Origin: Actinomycetota bacterium
Lineage (GTDB): Bacteria > Actinomycetota > UBA4738 > HRBIN12
Assembly: GCA_040902745.1 (NCBI GenBank)
Contig: JBBDWR010000011.1
Coordinates: forward strand, 50,320-114,319
Length of the DNA stretch: 64,000 nucleotides
Direction: 5' to 3'
The translations under genes were made by a program, and so were the position numbers. The notes under the pieces are model-generated. The model did not search any database. It was not told where the DNA came from and worked only from the letters and a program-made list of their open reading frames with translations. This document shows, piece by piece, positions 56,449 to 64,000 of this stretch (the stretch's first letter is position 1; every line of letters starts with the position of its first letter).

Positions 56449-57288
56449 CTACCCGCCCTCGTTCTGCTGCAGGAACCGCTCGATCTCCGCCGCGAGTTCG
56501 TCGCCGGAGGGGACGCGATCGTCATCGTCGGAAACCGACTCCAGTTGCTCGACGTACTCACGCGTCTCGGGGCGGTCTGCGAGGAGCTCGTCGAGTCGGA
56601 CACGCTCCGAGGCAGCCTCCTCGGCCAGTCCGTCGATCGGGATCCGCACGCCCAGGTGATCGCCGAGTTTTTCCAGCAGCACGATCGTTGCAGCCGTGTA
56701 GTCGCCCCCGATGTAGTGGGGCACCTGCGCGTAGAAGCCGGTCGAAGGGATCCCGCTCGCACTCACCGCCATCTCCACGACGCTGAGCGCCGCCGCGGGC
56801 ACGCGAAGGAGTCCTTCCGTGCGCGGTTCGTCACCCTTGAGGAGTCCCGGGCGCGATTCGGTCGCGATCAGCCCTGTCGGCCGCGTGTGCGGGACGGCTT
56901 GGGGGATCGAGCCGATGCTGATCCATTCGACGACCCCGAGGCGCATGCACAGCTCGAGTGCCGCATCGGCCACCGACCGCCACCGGTAGTCGGGTTCTGC
57001 TCCGGACAGCACGAGCAGATCGCGTCCCGAGTGCTTGACACGGCGGACGCCGAGTTCTGGCCAGCTAAGTTCATGCAGCGTGCCGTCCACGATGTCGAGG
57101 ACTGGTCGCCGGGAGCGGAAGTCGTAGAGCTGATCGGGATCGAACCGGGCGACAAGCTCCCCCTCGCCGGCGAGCTGCGCGGCCGCTGCCGTCGCCGCAC
57201 CCGCGGCGTCGACCCACCCGTCGAACGAGGCGACCAGCGCCGGTTCGGTGAGCGGGTGCTCGGAGAGCAGCTCGTAGAGGGGTGCCAT
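56449..57288 (-). CDS. PAC2-family protein
   Basis: Strong match to the actinobacterial PAC2 family (SFDGWVDAAGAA..., AEPDYRWRS, C-terminal FLQQNEGG). Confidence 0.8.
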   Translation of the reverse strand: MAPLYELLSEHPLTEPALVASFDGWVDAAGAATAAAAQLAGEGELVARFDPDQLYDFRSRRPVLDIVDGTLHELSWPELGVRRVKHSGRDLLVLSGAEPDYRWRSVADAALELCMRLGVVEWISIGSIPQAVPHTRPTGLIATESRPGLLKGDEPRTEGLLRVPAAALSVVEMAVSASGIPSTGFYAQVPHYIGGDYTAATIVLLEKLGDHLGVRIPIDGLAEEAASERVRLDELLADRPETREYVEQLESVSDDDDRVPSGDELAAEIERFLQQNEGG

Positions 57289-57324
57289 CTCGCCAGCTTA
57301 GCCGCGCTCGCGACGAGCGCCGAG

Positions 57325-58458
57325 TCAGGTACGCAGCGCGTCCAGCGTCCCATCGACGCGGGCAAGGCCCTGCATCGTGTGCTCGATGTCGTAGCCGAAG
57401 CCGAACCGGATGCCGTCGCCGATCCCGAACACCTCTCCGGGCACCAGCAGGACGCTCTGCTCCTCGCGGATCCGGTCGATCAGGGCGCGTGAGCGCACCG
57501 GCAGATCGTAGACCGCGTACGCGATCGCTCCCGCCTTCGGCCGCGCGTATCGGAAGACGTCGTCACGAGCGAGGATCCATTCCTCCAGACGGGGGAGTTG
57601 GCGACGGATGATCTCCCGTGTACGAGCGAGGATGCGCTCGCGGGTGACCGGTTCCATCGCGATCGCGCAGAGGCGATCGCTCACCATGCTCGGGGTGAGG
57701 GTCGTGTAGTCGTGGTGCGCCCAGAAGTCGTTGATGAACGCAACCGGCCCGACCGCCCATCCGATCCGCAGTCCCGGCATCCCGAACGCCTTCGACAGGC
57801 CGCTGGTGCAGACCACCCGGTCGGAGCGTCCCCAGAACGTGGGAGAGGCCTCGTCGGTCTCGACTTCTGCTCCCCGATAGATCTCGTCGGCAACGATCCA
57901 AGCACCGACTCGGTCGGCGGCCGCCACGATCACATCCATCTCGCCTTCGGTGAGGACGTGCCCGGTAGGGTTGTTCGGGTTGCACACCATAACGACACGG
58001 GTGCGGTCGGTAACCGCGGCGGCCAGTTCGTCGGCGTCGAGGAACCAGCGGCCGGCGTCGTCGGAGAGGCGTAGCGAGAACGTGTCGGTGCCGTCGGCGA
58101 AGAAGCGGCCGAGTCCCCAGCCCTCCATGTAGTTCGGCACCATGAAGGCCAGCCGAAACCCACGATCCAGCAGGGTCCACAACGACAGGAAGTTGGCCTC
58201 GGATCCACCGTTGACGACCGTCACGTTGGCGATCTCGGCGCCCGGGTACCACGCTGCGATCGCCGCGCGCGTCGCGTCCGAGCCCTCTGATAGCGGGTAG
58301 CCCAGCTCGGTCTGCAGAAAGGTCTCCGGGTCGAGTGCGGTGCCGTCGAGCAGCTCCGCGATGCGCAACGGTGTGACGCCGGATTCCGAGAGGTCGTACT
58401 CGACCCGATGCCAGTAGAGCGATTGCATGCGCTCCATCTCGAACGGGTCGATCGGCAT
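57325..58458 (-). CDS. Aminotransferase class I/II PLP-dependent enzyme
   Basis: Fold-type I pattern with CNPNNPTG and the SKAFGMPGLRIGW lysine region. Confidence 0.8.
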   Translation of the reverse strand: MPIDPFEMERMQSLYWHRVEYDLSESGVTPLRIAELLDGTALDPETFLQTELGYPLSEGSDATRAAIAAWYPGAEIANVTVVNGGSEANFLSLWTLLDRGFRLAFMVPNYMEGWGLGRFFADGTDTFSLRLSDDAGRWFLDADELAAAVTDRTRVVMVCNPNNPTGHVLTEGEMDVIVAAADRVGAWIVADEIYRGAEVETDEASPTFWGRSDRVVCTSGLSKAFGMPGLRIGWAVGPVAFINDFWAHHDYTTLTPSMVSDRLCAIAMEPVTRERILARTREIIRRQLPRLEEWILARDDVFRYARPKAGAIAYAVYDLPVRSRALIDRIREEQSVLLVPGEVFGIGDGIRFGFGYDIEHTMQGLARVDGTLDALRT

Positions 58459-58547
58459 GGCTCCTCCGCGCGGTCAGGTCCTCGCGGACCGTAGCATCAC
58501 CCGGCGCCCCGACGGGCTCGTCGACTGACCGCGGGTCGCAAACGCAG

Positions 58548-58775
58548 TCAGTTCACATAGCCCTCGACGGTATTCGGATCGCGCACCTGCGCCTCTTCCG
58601 GATCGAGTCCGGCAAAACGACGCGCCCGACGCTGGTGGAGCAGGTCCCAGCACTGGTCAAGCGCCACTTGCAACTCCTTGAGCCGGGCGCGATCAGCGTC
58701 TGATGCTTCGCCGCGCGATTCCTTGCCGAAGAGGGCGTGCTCCTCTTCCGCCAGTTCATTGATGGTGCCGATCAC
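58548..58775 (-). CDS. DUF2630-like small protein
   Basis: The C-terminal 75 aa of the track ORF (VIGTINELAEEEHALFGKE...) are the conserved part. The upstream portion is Arg/Gly low-complexity. Confidence 0.45.
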   Translation of the reverse strand: MIGTINELAEEEHALFGKESRGEASDADRARLKELQVALDQCWDLLHQRRARRFAGLDPEEAQVRDPNTVEGYVN

Positions 58776-58834
58776 GGTCTCGTCCGACCACCGTATCCCC
58801 TGACGAGACGGCGTATCGGCCGGGGGTGCCCTCC

Positions 58835-59089
58835 CTAGTCCTCGTCGACCTCGAGATCGCCGACGCCCAGGTCTTCGAACAGGGCTCGGGCTTCGGCCTC
58901 GCGGGTCGACGGCACCCACAGCTGGACCGTCCCTGCGGGCAACATCCCACCGAACTCCTTCTCGATCACCGGGATCCCTTCGGCTTCGAGACGGTTCTTC
59001 GCGATCTCGCCCTCGCCCTGAGAGGGCGTGTCGAAGACGTGGACGAACTCGACTTCGTCCTGATGTTCGGTCTCGGTCGTGTCGGTCAT
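58835..59089 (-). CDS. Small acidic protein (DUF2007-like putative signal-transducing protein)
   Basis: 84 aa with the IPVIEKE...QLWVP pattern. Confidence 0.4.
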   Translation of the reverse strand: MTDTTETEHQDEVEFVHVFDTPSQGEGEIAKNRLEAEGIPVIEKEFGGMLPAGTVQLWVPSTREAEARALFEDLGVGDLEVDED

Positions 59090-59129
59090 GTCGTCAGTCC
59101 TCTCCGGTCGACGGGAACGTTCCCCGGTG

Positions 59130-60467
59130 TCAGTTCAGCAACGCGGTGAGCAGCTCCCGATAGGCGGCGACGTAGCGTGTGACGTCCTCCTCTGTGCAGG
59201 GGACGCCGACCGTCGGTCCGGCGCCGACGATCGCCTCCCACACCCCACGGTTGGCGAACCAGCGCCGGAACAATCGTGAGAGTTCGAGATCGGCCATCGA
59301 GCGAGAGTCCTCGGCATCGGAGGGCATCCGCGGGCCGAAGGTCGTGCCGCTACGCGCCCACAACCGGTGGATCGTCCAATCGAGCCCGGCCTCGTGCACG
59401 GCCGCCTCGAGCCCGTCGGCCAGCTTGGCTCCGAGGGTCGCCGTGCGGTCGTACGCGTCGTCGGTGAGGATCTCGGTCAGAGCTGCTTTCGCAGCAGCCA
59501 TCTGCAGCGGATTGCCGAACAACGTGCCCCCCGTTGCGAGGTCGTGGCGCGACGGGTCGTAGAGATCCGCGAGTTCTTCGGTCATGCCGTATGCGCCCAT
59601 CGGAACGCCACCGGCGATCGACTTGCCTGCGGTGACGATGTCCGGGTCCAATCCCCAGTGGTGCACCAGCCCTCCCGGCCCGGTGACGAGCGTGTGGGTT
59701 TCGTCGAAGGCCAGGAGCGTCCCGGTCGCACGCGTGATCTCCCGGAGTTGGTCGTGCCATCCGTCCGCCGGCAGGAGCAACCCGACGTTGTTCGTCAGTG
59801 CGGGCTCGGTGAGCACGATCGCCACATCGCCCGGTTCCAGCGCGCGCGCGAGTCCTTCCGCGTCGTTCCACGCGATCACCTTCGACCGGTCGGGGTTGTG
59901 GCTGGGCAGACCCTCCTGCTCGTTCACCACGTGGCCGTCGTCGAGACGCACGAGCGCGTCGTCGAAGTGTCCGTGGTACTTGCCGTCGAACCACAAGACC
60001 TTGTCCCGGCCCGTGGCGACGCGGGCCAGCCGGATCGCCTCGACGTTCGCCTGCGATGCCGAGAGCGTGAACTGCCACTTCGGCACCGGCCAGCGCCGCG
60101 CGAGGTCCGTCGCCACGTCCACGGCGTCTGCCGAGGGCAGGAGGAACTGCGGCCCCTGTGCCATCCGCTCTGCCACCGCCCGCACGATCGGTGCCGGGCC
60201 GTAGCCGCAGAACATGCTCATGTCGGCGACGTTGAAGTCGACGTACTCGTGGCCGTCGAGATCGGTGAAGCGCATCCCCGATCCCTGGGCGACGTAGACG
60301 GGAGGGTCGTTGTCGAGCGCGTGCCAGATCATCGGCACGCCGTTCGGCATCACGGTGCGGGCTCTGGCGACAAGCTCCGCCGTGCGCGGGCGAGCGGCCA
60401 CGAAGCGCTGCTTCTCCAGGTCGAGCAGTTCGGAAACGCGACCGTGGTCGATCAGTGTCGTCGTCAT
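59130..60467 (-). CDS. Aminotransferase class III (glutamate-1-semialdehyde aminomutase-like)
   Basis: 445 aa, class III PLP pattern (FDETHTL...TAGKSIAGG). Confidence 0.8.
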   Translation of the reverse strand: MTTTLIDHGRVSELLDLEKQRFVAARPRTAELVARARTVMPNGVPMIWHALDNDPPVYVAQGSGMRFTDLDGHEYVDFNVADMSMFCGYGPAPIVRAVAERMAQGPQFLLPSADAVDVATDLARRWPVPKWQFTLSASQANVEAIRLARVATGRDKVLWFDGKYHGHFDDALVRLDDGHVVNEQEGLPSHNPDRSKVIAWNDAEGLARALEPGDVAIVLTEPALTNNVGLLLPADGWHDQLREITRATGTLLAFDETHTLVTGPGGLVHHWGLDPDIVTAGKSIAGGVPMGAYGMTEELADLYDPSRHDLATGGTLFGNPLQMAAAKAALTEILTDDAYDRTATLGAKLADGLEAAVHEAGLDWTIHRLWARSGTTFGPRMPSDAEDSRSMADLELSRLFRRWFANRGVWEAIVGAGPTVGVPCTEEDVTRYVAAYRELLTALLN

Positions 60468-60517
60468 GTCAGAGATGCTCGCCGCCACGCGCGATCACGT
60501 CAAACCTCGCCCGAACG

Positions 60518-60555
60518 CAAGAACCCGCCCCGGACGTTCCCGGGACGGGTTCTTG
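60518..60555 (-). terminator. GC-rich stem-loop, possible terminator or attenuator
   Basis: CAAGAACCCGCCCCGG-ACGTT-CCCGGGACGGGTTCTTG, a roughly 15-bp near-perfect stem just downstream of the 60569 stop. There is no U-tract. Confidence 0.35.
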
Positions 60556-60568
60556 TGAGCAGGAACCG

Positions 60569-61402
60569 CTATGCAGCGCTTCGTTGCATGTCGCTTTGGA
60601 GTGTGGCGACGTTCAGTTGCTCCTTCTTCACGCGCAGATTCAGGTACATGATCACGTACACGAGTGCGGAGAAGGGGAGCACGATGATCGCGCCGATCGA
60701 TGCGCCGATCCCGGCGAGGAACCAGTTGGATCCGAACGGCGCCGCGATGATCCCCTGCACGATCCCCACGAGGATCGCGGTGACGATGACAACCCCCAGG
60801 ACGTGCCAGAAGTAGCCCTTCGTCAGGTTCCAGGAGCGGGACAGGGCCTCGGTGCCACGCTTGTTCTCTACCACGAGCGATTGCACGGAGACCGAGAGTT
60901 TCACCATCACGATGATGCCGGGGATGATCAACAGGATGAAGCCACCGATCGTCGCAAGTCCGACGAGGATGCTCACCCAGATGATCGCCCCGAGCCGCGA
61001 GAGCCCGAACTTGTACACGCCCTCCGCGGTGATCGGCTCACCGATCGCTGCGCCCGCTGCTGCGCGCGCGATCGCCCCGCTCAGGATCGCCTGCACGATG
61101 ACGCCGATGAAGATCGTCACGAGCCAGATCGCCCACCACGCACCGATGCCGGTCGTGTTCACCTCGAAAGTGTCGGGGTCGACCGTGACCTCACGCACGA
61201 AGACCTGATCGGTCAGCAGGTACTGGATCAGCGTGAGTGGGACGACGACGATCGCGACGATGCCGACCAGTTTCACGAAGTGAGTCTTGTAGAGCTCGAA
61301 CGCGGTGCTGAAGATGTCCCCGAAGGATCGCGCGGGGATAGCGCCGGCGCCGGGTGTCACGCCGCCGCCTGCGGGCGGCGGCGGAGGTGGGGGTGTGGCC
61401 AT
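60569..61402 (-). CDS. Polytopic membrane protein (hypothetical)
   Basis: ATG preceded by AGGGAGG, a poly-Pro N-terminus, then about six TM helices. Confidence 0.55.
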   Translation of the reverse strand: MATPPPPPPPAGGGVTPGAGAIPARSFGDIFSTAFELYKTHFVKLVGIVAIVVVPLTLIQYLLTDQVFVREVTVDPDTFEVNTTGIGAWWAIWLVTIFIGVIVQAILSGAIARAAAGAAIGEPITAEGVYKFGLSRLGAIIWVSILVGLATIGGFILLIIPGIIVMVKLSVSVQSLVVENKRGTEALSRSWNLTKGYFWHVLGVVIVTAILVGIVQGIIAAPFGSNWFLAGIGASIGAIIVLPFSALVYVIMYLNLRVKKEQLNVATLQSDMQRSAA

Positions 61403-61563
61403 GGGACCTCCCTTTGTTGTTCCCTGGACTATCTCCCGCACCCTAGACCCGGCCGGGGACCGTTTCCAGCACCCGTCGGCGCAGGTGGCGACCAAGGATC
61501 TGGCTCCCGCAAACTCGGGCCCGGGGGGAAACGGCGGGCTGAAGGGCGAGCTAGGCTTCGCTC

Positions 61564-62559
61564 ATGCCGCGAGAAGTGTTGCTGTTGCGCCGTGATGAGG
61601 TCCGGCAGGTGCTCGACATGGCCTCATGTATCGACGCCGTCGAGCGTGCCTTCATCGCGTATTCCACCGGGCAGGCGGAACTGCCGGCGGTGATCCATCT
61701 CGAGGTTCCCGAGCATCGGGGGGAGATCCACGTCAAGGCGGGGCATCTGCACGGCGGCGCGCACTACGCGGTGAAGGTCGCCTCCGGGTTTTCCGACTCC
61801 ACACCGCCGACGATCGACGGCATGGTGCTGGTATTCGACGCGAGGACGGGCGCGCCGGCCGCGTTGCTTCTCGACGACGGATTGATCACCGATGTGCGGA
61901 CCGGCGCTGCGGGAGGAGTGGCGGCCCGGGCGCTGGCGCCGGAGGCCGTTCGCACCGTCGGGGTGCTCGGGACGGGGCTCCAGGCTCGCCACCAGATCGA
62001 GGCGCTCGCATGCGTCCGTCCCGGCTTCGGCCAGGTGCGGGTCTGGGGTCGCTCCGAAGAGCGTGCGCAAGCGTGCGCGAACGACCTCCGTGCACATCCT
62101 TCCACTCCGGCCGGGTGCGACGTCCGCACCGTCGAGTCCGCGCAGGCAGCGGTCGAGGGTGCCGACGTCGTGATCACCTGCACCGCGAGCAGGGAGCCGA
62201 TCGTGCGAGCGACGTGGCTCGCTCCCGGGTCCCACGTCACCGCCGTCGGTTCCGACGGGGCAGACAAGCAGGAGCTGGACATCGACGTGCTGACGTCGGC
62301 GGATCTCGTGGCGGTGGACTCCCGCCGACAGACCGCATCGATCGGCGAGCTGCATCACGCGGTAGATGCGGGCGCGCTCCTGCCGGAAGACGTAGCGGAG
62401 TTAGGCGAGATCGCCTCCGGGGCTCGTCCCGGCCGGATCTCACAGCGCTGGCGCACGGTGTGCGATCTCACCGGTGTCGGTGTGCAGGATGTCGTTGCCG
62501 CCGAGCTGGTCCTGGAACGAGCCGTCAGCAGCGGCCTCGGGCAGCGCATCGCCCTATAG
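61564..62559 (+). CDS. Ornithine cyclodeaminase / mu-crystallin family protein
   Basis: Rossmann motif VGVLGTGLQA and OCD family architecture. Confidence 0.85.
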   Translation: MPREVLLLRRDEVRQVLDMASCIDAVERAFIAYSTGQAELPAVIHLEVPEHRGEIHVKAGHLHGGAHYAVKVASGFSDSTPPTIDGMVLVFDARTGAPAALLLDDGLITDVRTGAAGGVAARALAPEAVRTVGVLGTGLQARHQIEALACVRPGFGQVRVWGRSEERAQACANDLRAHPSTPAGCDVRTVESAQAAVEGADVVITCTASREPIVRATWLAPGSHVTAVGSDGADKQELDIDVLTSADLVAVDSRRQTASIGELHHAVDAGALLPEDVAELGEIASGARPGRISQRWRTVCDLTGVGVQDVVAAELVLERAVSSGLGQRIAL

Positions 62560-62615
62560 ACGGATCCTCATCTTGACGCGTGTCACACCCCGGGCGTACC
62601 GTGAGCTCTCTCACA

Positions 62616-62631
62616 TCGAACGTATGTTCGA
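62616..62631. promoter_or_regulatory. LexA (SOS) box TCGAACGTATGTTCGA within a 28-bp perfect palindrome (62610-62637)
   Basis: Perfect consensus. It lies 87 nt upstream of the 62718 GTG. Confidence 0.75.
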
Positions 62632-62717
62632 TGTGAGCAGCCCGCTCGGTCTGGGGTCCATGGGGAAGGGGTCCCGGGCCGGGTCGGCGACTCCCGCCGC
62701 CGCGGGGAGGTCCTCAG

Positions 62718-62987
62718 GTGCTCGTGACCAGGCAGGCAGAGATGTCCAAGAGGTACGACGAACAGGTCCGGGTCGAGCGCGAAGCGGGCATGCCTTCGGT
62801 CTTCTTCTGGCGGCACCGTCGCTACGAGGTTGTCGACGTGATCGGCCGGTGGAAGATCGAGGGACGGTGGTGGTCCGATGGCCGAGACCGTGAGTACTGG
62901 CGTGTCGAGGCACGGGGCGGATCCGTCTGGGACCTCTACTTGGACAAGGTTCGTGATCGATGGCACATGGAGCGGCTCTGGGACTGA
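62718..62987 (+). CDS. Small conserved Trp/Arg-rich protein, predicted LexA-regulated (uncharacterized)
   Basis: GTG start 7 nt after GGGGAGG, 89 aa, directly upstream of dnaE2. Confidence 0.55.
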   Translation: MLVTRQAEMSKRYDEQVRVEREAGMPSVFFWRHRRYEVVDVIGRWKIEGRWWSDGRDREYWRVEARGGSVWDLYLDKVRDRWHMERLWD

Positions 62988-63130
62988 TCCGGACGCCCGA
63001 CCCGGGCCGTCCTCCAACTCCTGCATCCCGTCTCTCACGGAGGGTTTCGTTGAGAGAGCCCCTCGCGCTTGGAACAATCCGAACGTCCCGGCCTTGACCG
63101 GTCGCGCGTCACCGGGCTACGGTGCGCCGT

Positions 63131-64000
63131 ATGTCCTCGAACATACGTTCGATTCCTTCCTCGTTCGTCCATCTCGACGTTCGTTCCTTCTTCTCCCTGA
63201 AGGAGGGCGCCTTCTCGCCCGAGCAGCTTGCGAGCCGTGCGGCGGCGCTCGGTATGCCGTCGGCAGTCCTCACCGACCGAGACGGTCTGTACGGGGCCGC
63301 GCGGTTCGTCGCCGCGTGTGCGCGCGAAGGAGTGCGTCCGATCCTCGGGGCATCGGTGACCCTGCAAGAGCCGGGGCACTCCGATCCCGGGTCGCTCGTC
63401 CTGCTCGCCGCCGACGAGATCGGGTACGCGAACCTGTGCCGACTGCTGACCGACGCCCATATGACGGAGGAACGCGGTGCGCCGGAGCTCGTTCCGGCCC
63501 AGGTCTGCGCACATGCCGGTGGATTGGTGGCACTCGCCGGTCCGCGGTCCGCGGCCGGCAGGCTCGCCGCGAACGGACGCCTCGCCGCCGCTCGCCGCGA
63601 GCTCGGCCCGCTGCGCGAGGCGTTCGGCCGTGACCGGCTGTTCATCGCGGCAGAACACCGGTTGGAGCGTGATTCGGACACGGAGATCCGCGCGTTACTG
63701 CGGCTTGCCGACATCGCCGAGGTGCGGGCCGTCGCGGCGAACCCGGTGCGCTACCTCGTCGAGGACGACGCGTTCCTCGCCGATGTACTCGAATGTATGC
63801 GCGAGATCGTGCCACTCGCCGCCCACAACGTATCGCGGCGCAACGCTGAAGGTTGGTTGAAGCCTGCGGTTGCGATGCGTGGTCTGTTCGCGGAGCGTCC
63901 GGATCTGTGCGACGCGACGCTCGAGGTGGCAGACGCGTGTCGGTTCGACCTCGGTCTACGACGATTGCACTTCCCGGAGTTCCCGACGCCGCAGGGGCGC
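63131..64000 (+). CDS. dnaE2: Error-prone DNA polymerase (DnaE2, PHP domain N-terminus); partial, continues beyond the window end
   Basis: The open frame runs from ATG 63131 to the window end with no stop. The PHP-domain pattern HLDVRSFFSLKEGAFSPEQLASRAAALGMPSAVLTDRDGLYGAARF matches the DnaE2 N-terminus. The gene is not in the ORF track because it has no stop codon inside the window. Confidence 0.8.
   Translation, partial: MSSNIRSIPSSFVHLDVRSFFSLKEGAFSPEQLASRAAALGMPSAVLTDRDGLYGAARFVAACAREGVRPILGASVTLQEPGHSDPGSLVLLAADEIGYANLCRLLTDAHMTEERGAPELVPAQVCAHAGGLVALAGPRSAAGRLAANGRLAAARRELGPLREAFGRDRLFIAAEHRLERDSDTEIRALLRLADIAEVRAVAANPVRYLVEDDAFLADVLECMREIVPLAAHNVSRRNAEGWLKPAVAMRGLFAERPDLCDATLEVADACRFDLGLRRLHFPEFPTPQGR
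63137..63152. promoter_or_regulatory. LexA (SOS) box TCGAACATACGTTCGA
   Basis: Perfect consensus beginning 6 nt into the annotated dnaE2 ATG. Confidence 0.7.

Noticed and set aside
62583-63077. 164-aa minus-strand ORF across the dnaE2 upstream region
   Set aside because: It overlaps the SD-preceded small protein gene and both LexA boxes on the opposite strand, and has no homology.
1-64000. tRNA, rRNA, CRISPR arrays, IS elements, integrases
   Set aside because: None were recognised. The GTTCGATTCC at 63147 resembles a tRNA T-arm but is part of the LexA box inside dnaE2. No direct-repeat arrays or transposase/integrase-like ORFs were seen.

Overview
This 64 kb window is a very high-GC (about 70%) actinobacterial chromosomal segment carrying about 70 densely packed genes. 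Both strands are coding, and the six-frame track is full of long antisense or over-extended ORFs that I rejected. I found no rRNA, tRNA, CRISPR array, transposase or integrase. Actinobacterial markers include a WhiB-family regulator, a PknB-like kinase with PASTA repeats, a PAC2-family protein, F420/deazaflavin-type enzymes, a PimB-like GT4 and DnaE2. Coordinates I derived myself from motifs or internal start codons carry about ±1-2 nt uncertainty.

The most interesting region is a one-carbon/tetrahydrofolate island at about 20.5-32 kb:
- 5-formyl-THF cyclo-ligase, two tandem GcvT-family paralogs and formate-THF ligase sit upstream of a formate dehydrogenase operon.
- In that operon the alpha subunit is split into two genes and reordered: FdhD, then a Mo catalytic subunit lacking its Fe-S domain, then a NuoE-NuoF fusion, then a separate Fe-S (NuoG N-terminal) gene, then MobA.
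- The catalytic subunit carries an in-frame TGA, probably selenocysteine, followed by a SECIS-like hairpin. The ORF track splits this gene in two.
- Elsewhere in the window are B12-dependent methionine synthase (partial) and a YgfZ folate-binding protein.

Other highlights:
- A UDP-sulfoquinovose synthase (SqdB/SQD1) gene lies in an apparent operon with a membrane GT2 of the Dpm1 type.
- There are three perfect Gram-positive LexA boxes (TCGAAC-N4-GTTCGA). One is upstream of a DnaQ-exonuclease-GIY-YIG (Cho-like) fusion, one is upstream of a small conserved protein, and one overlaps the start of an error-prone dnaE2 (partial at the window end).
- A threonine aldolase gene is broken by a 1-nt frameshift.
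- Two very small membrane-peptide ORFs are missed by the ORF track.
- The rest is ordinary housekeeping: korAB, thiolase, pfk, thiE, glucokinase, aquaporin and several aminotransferases.
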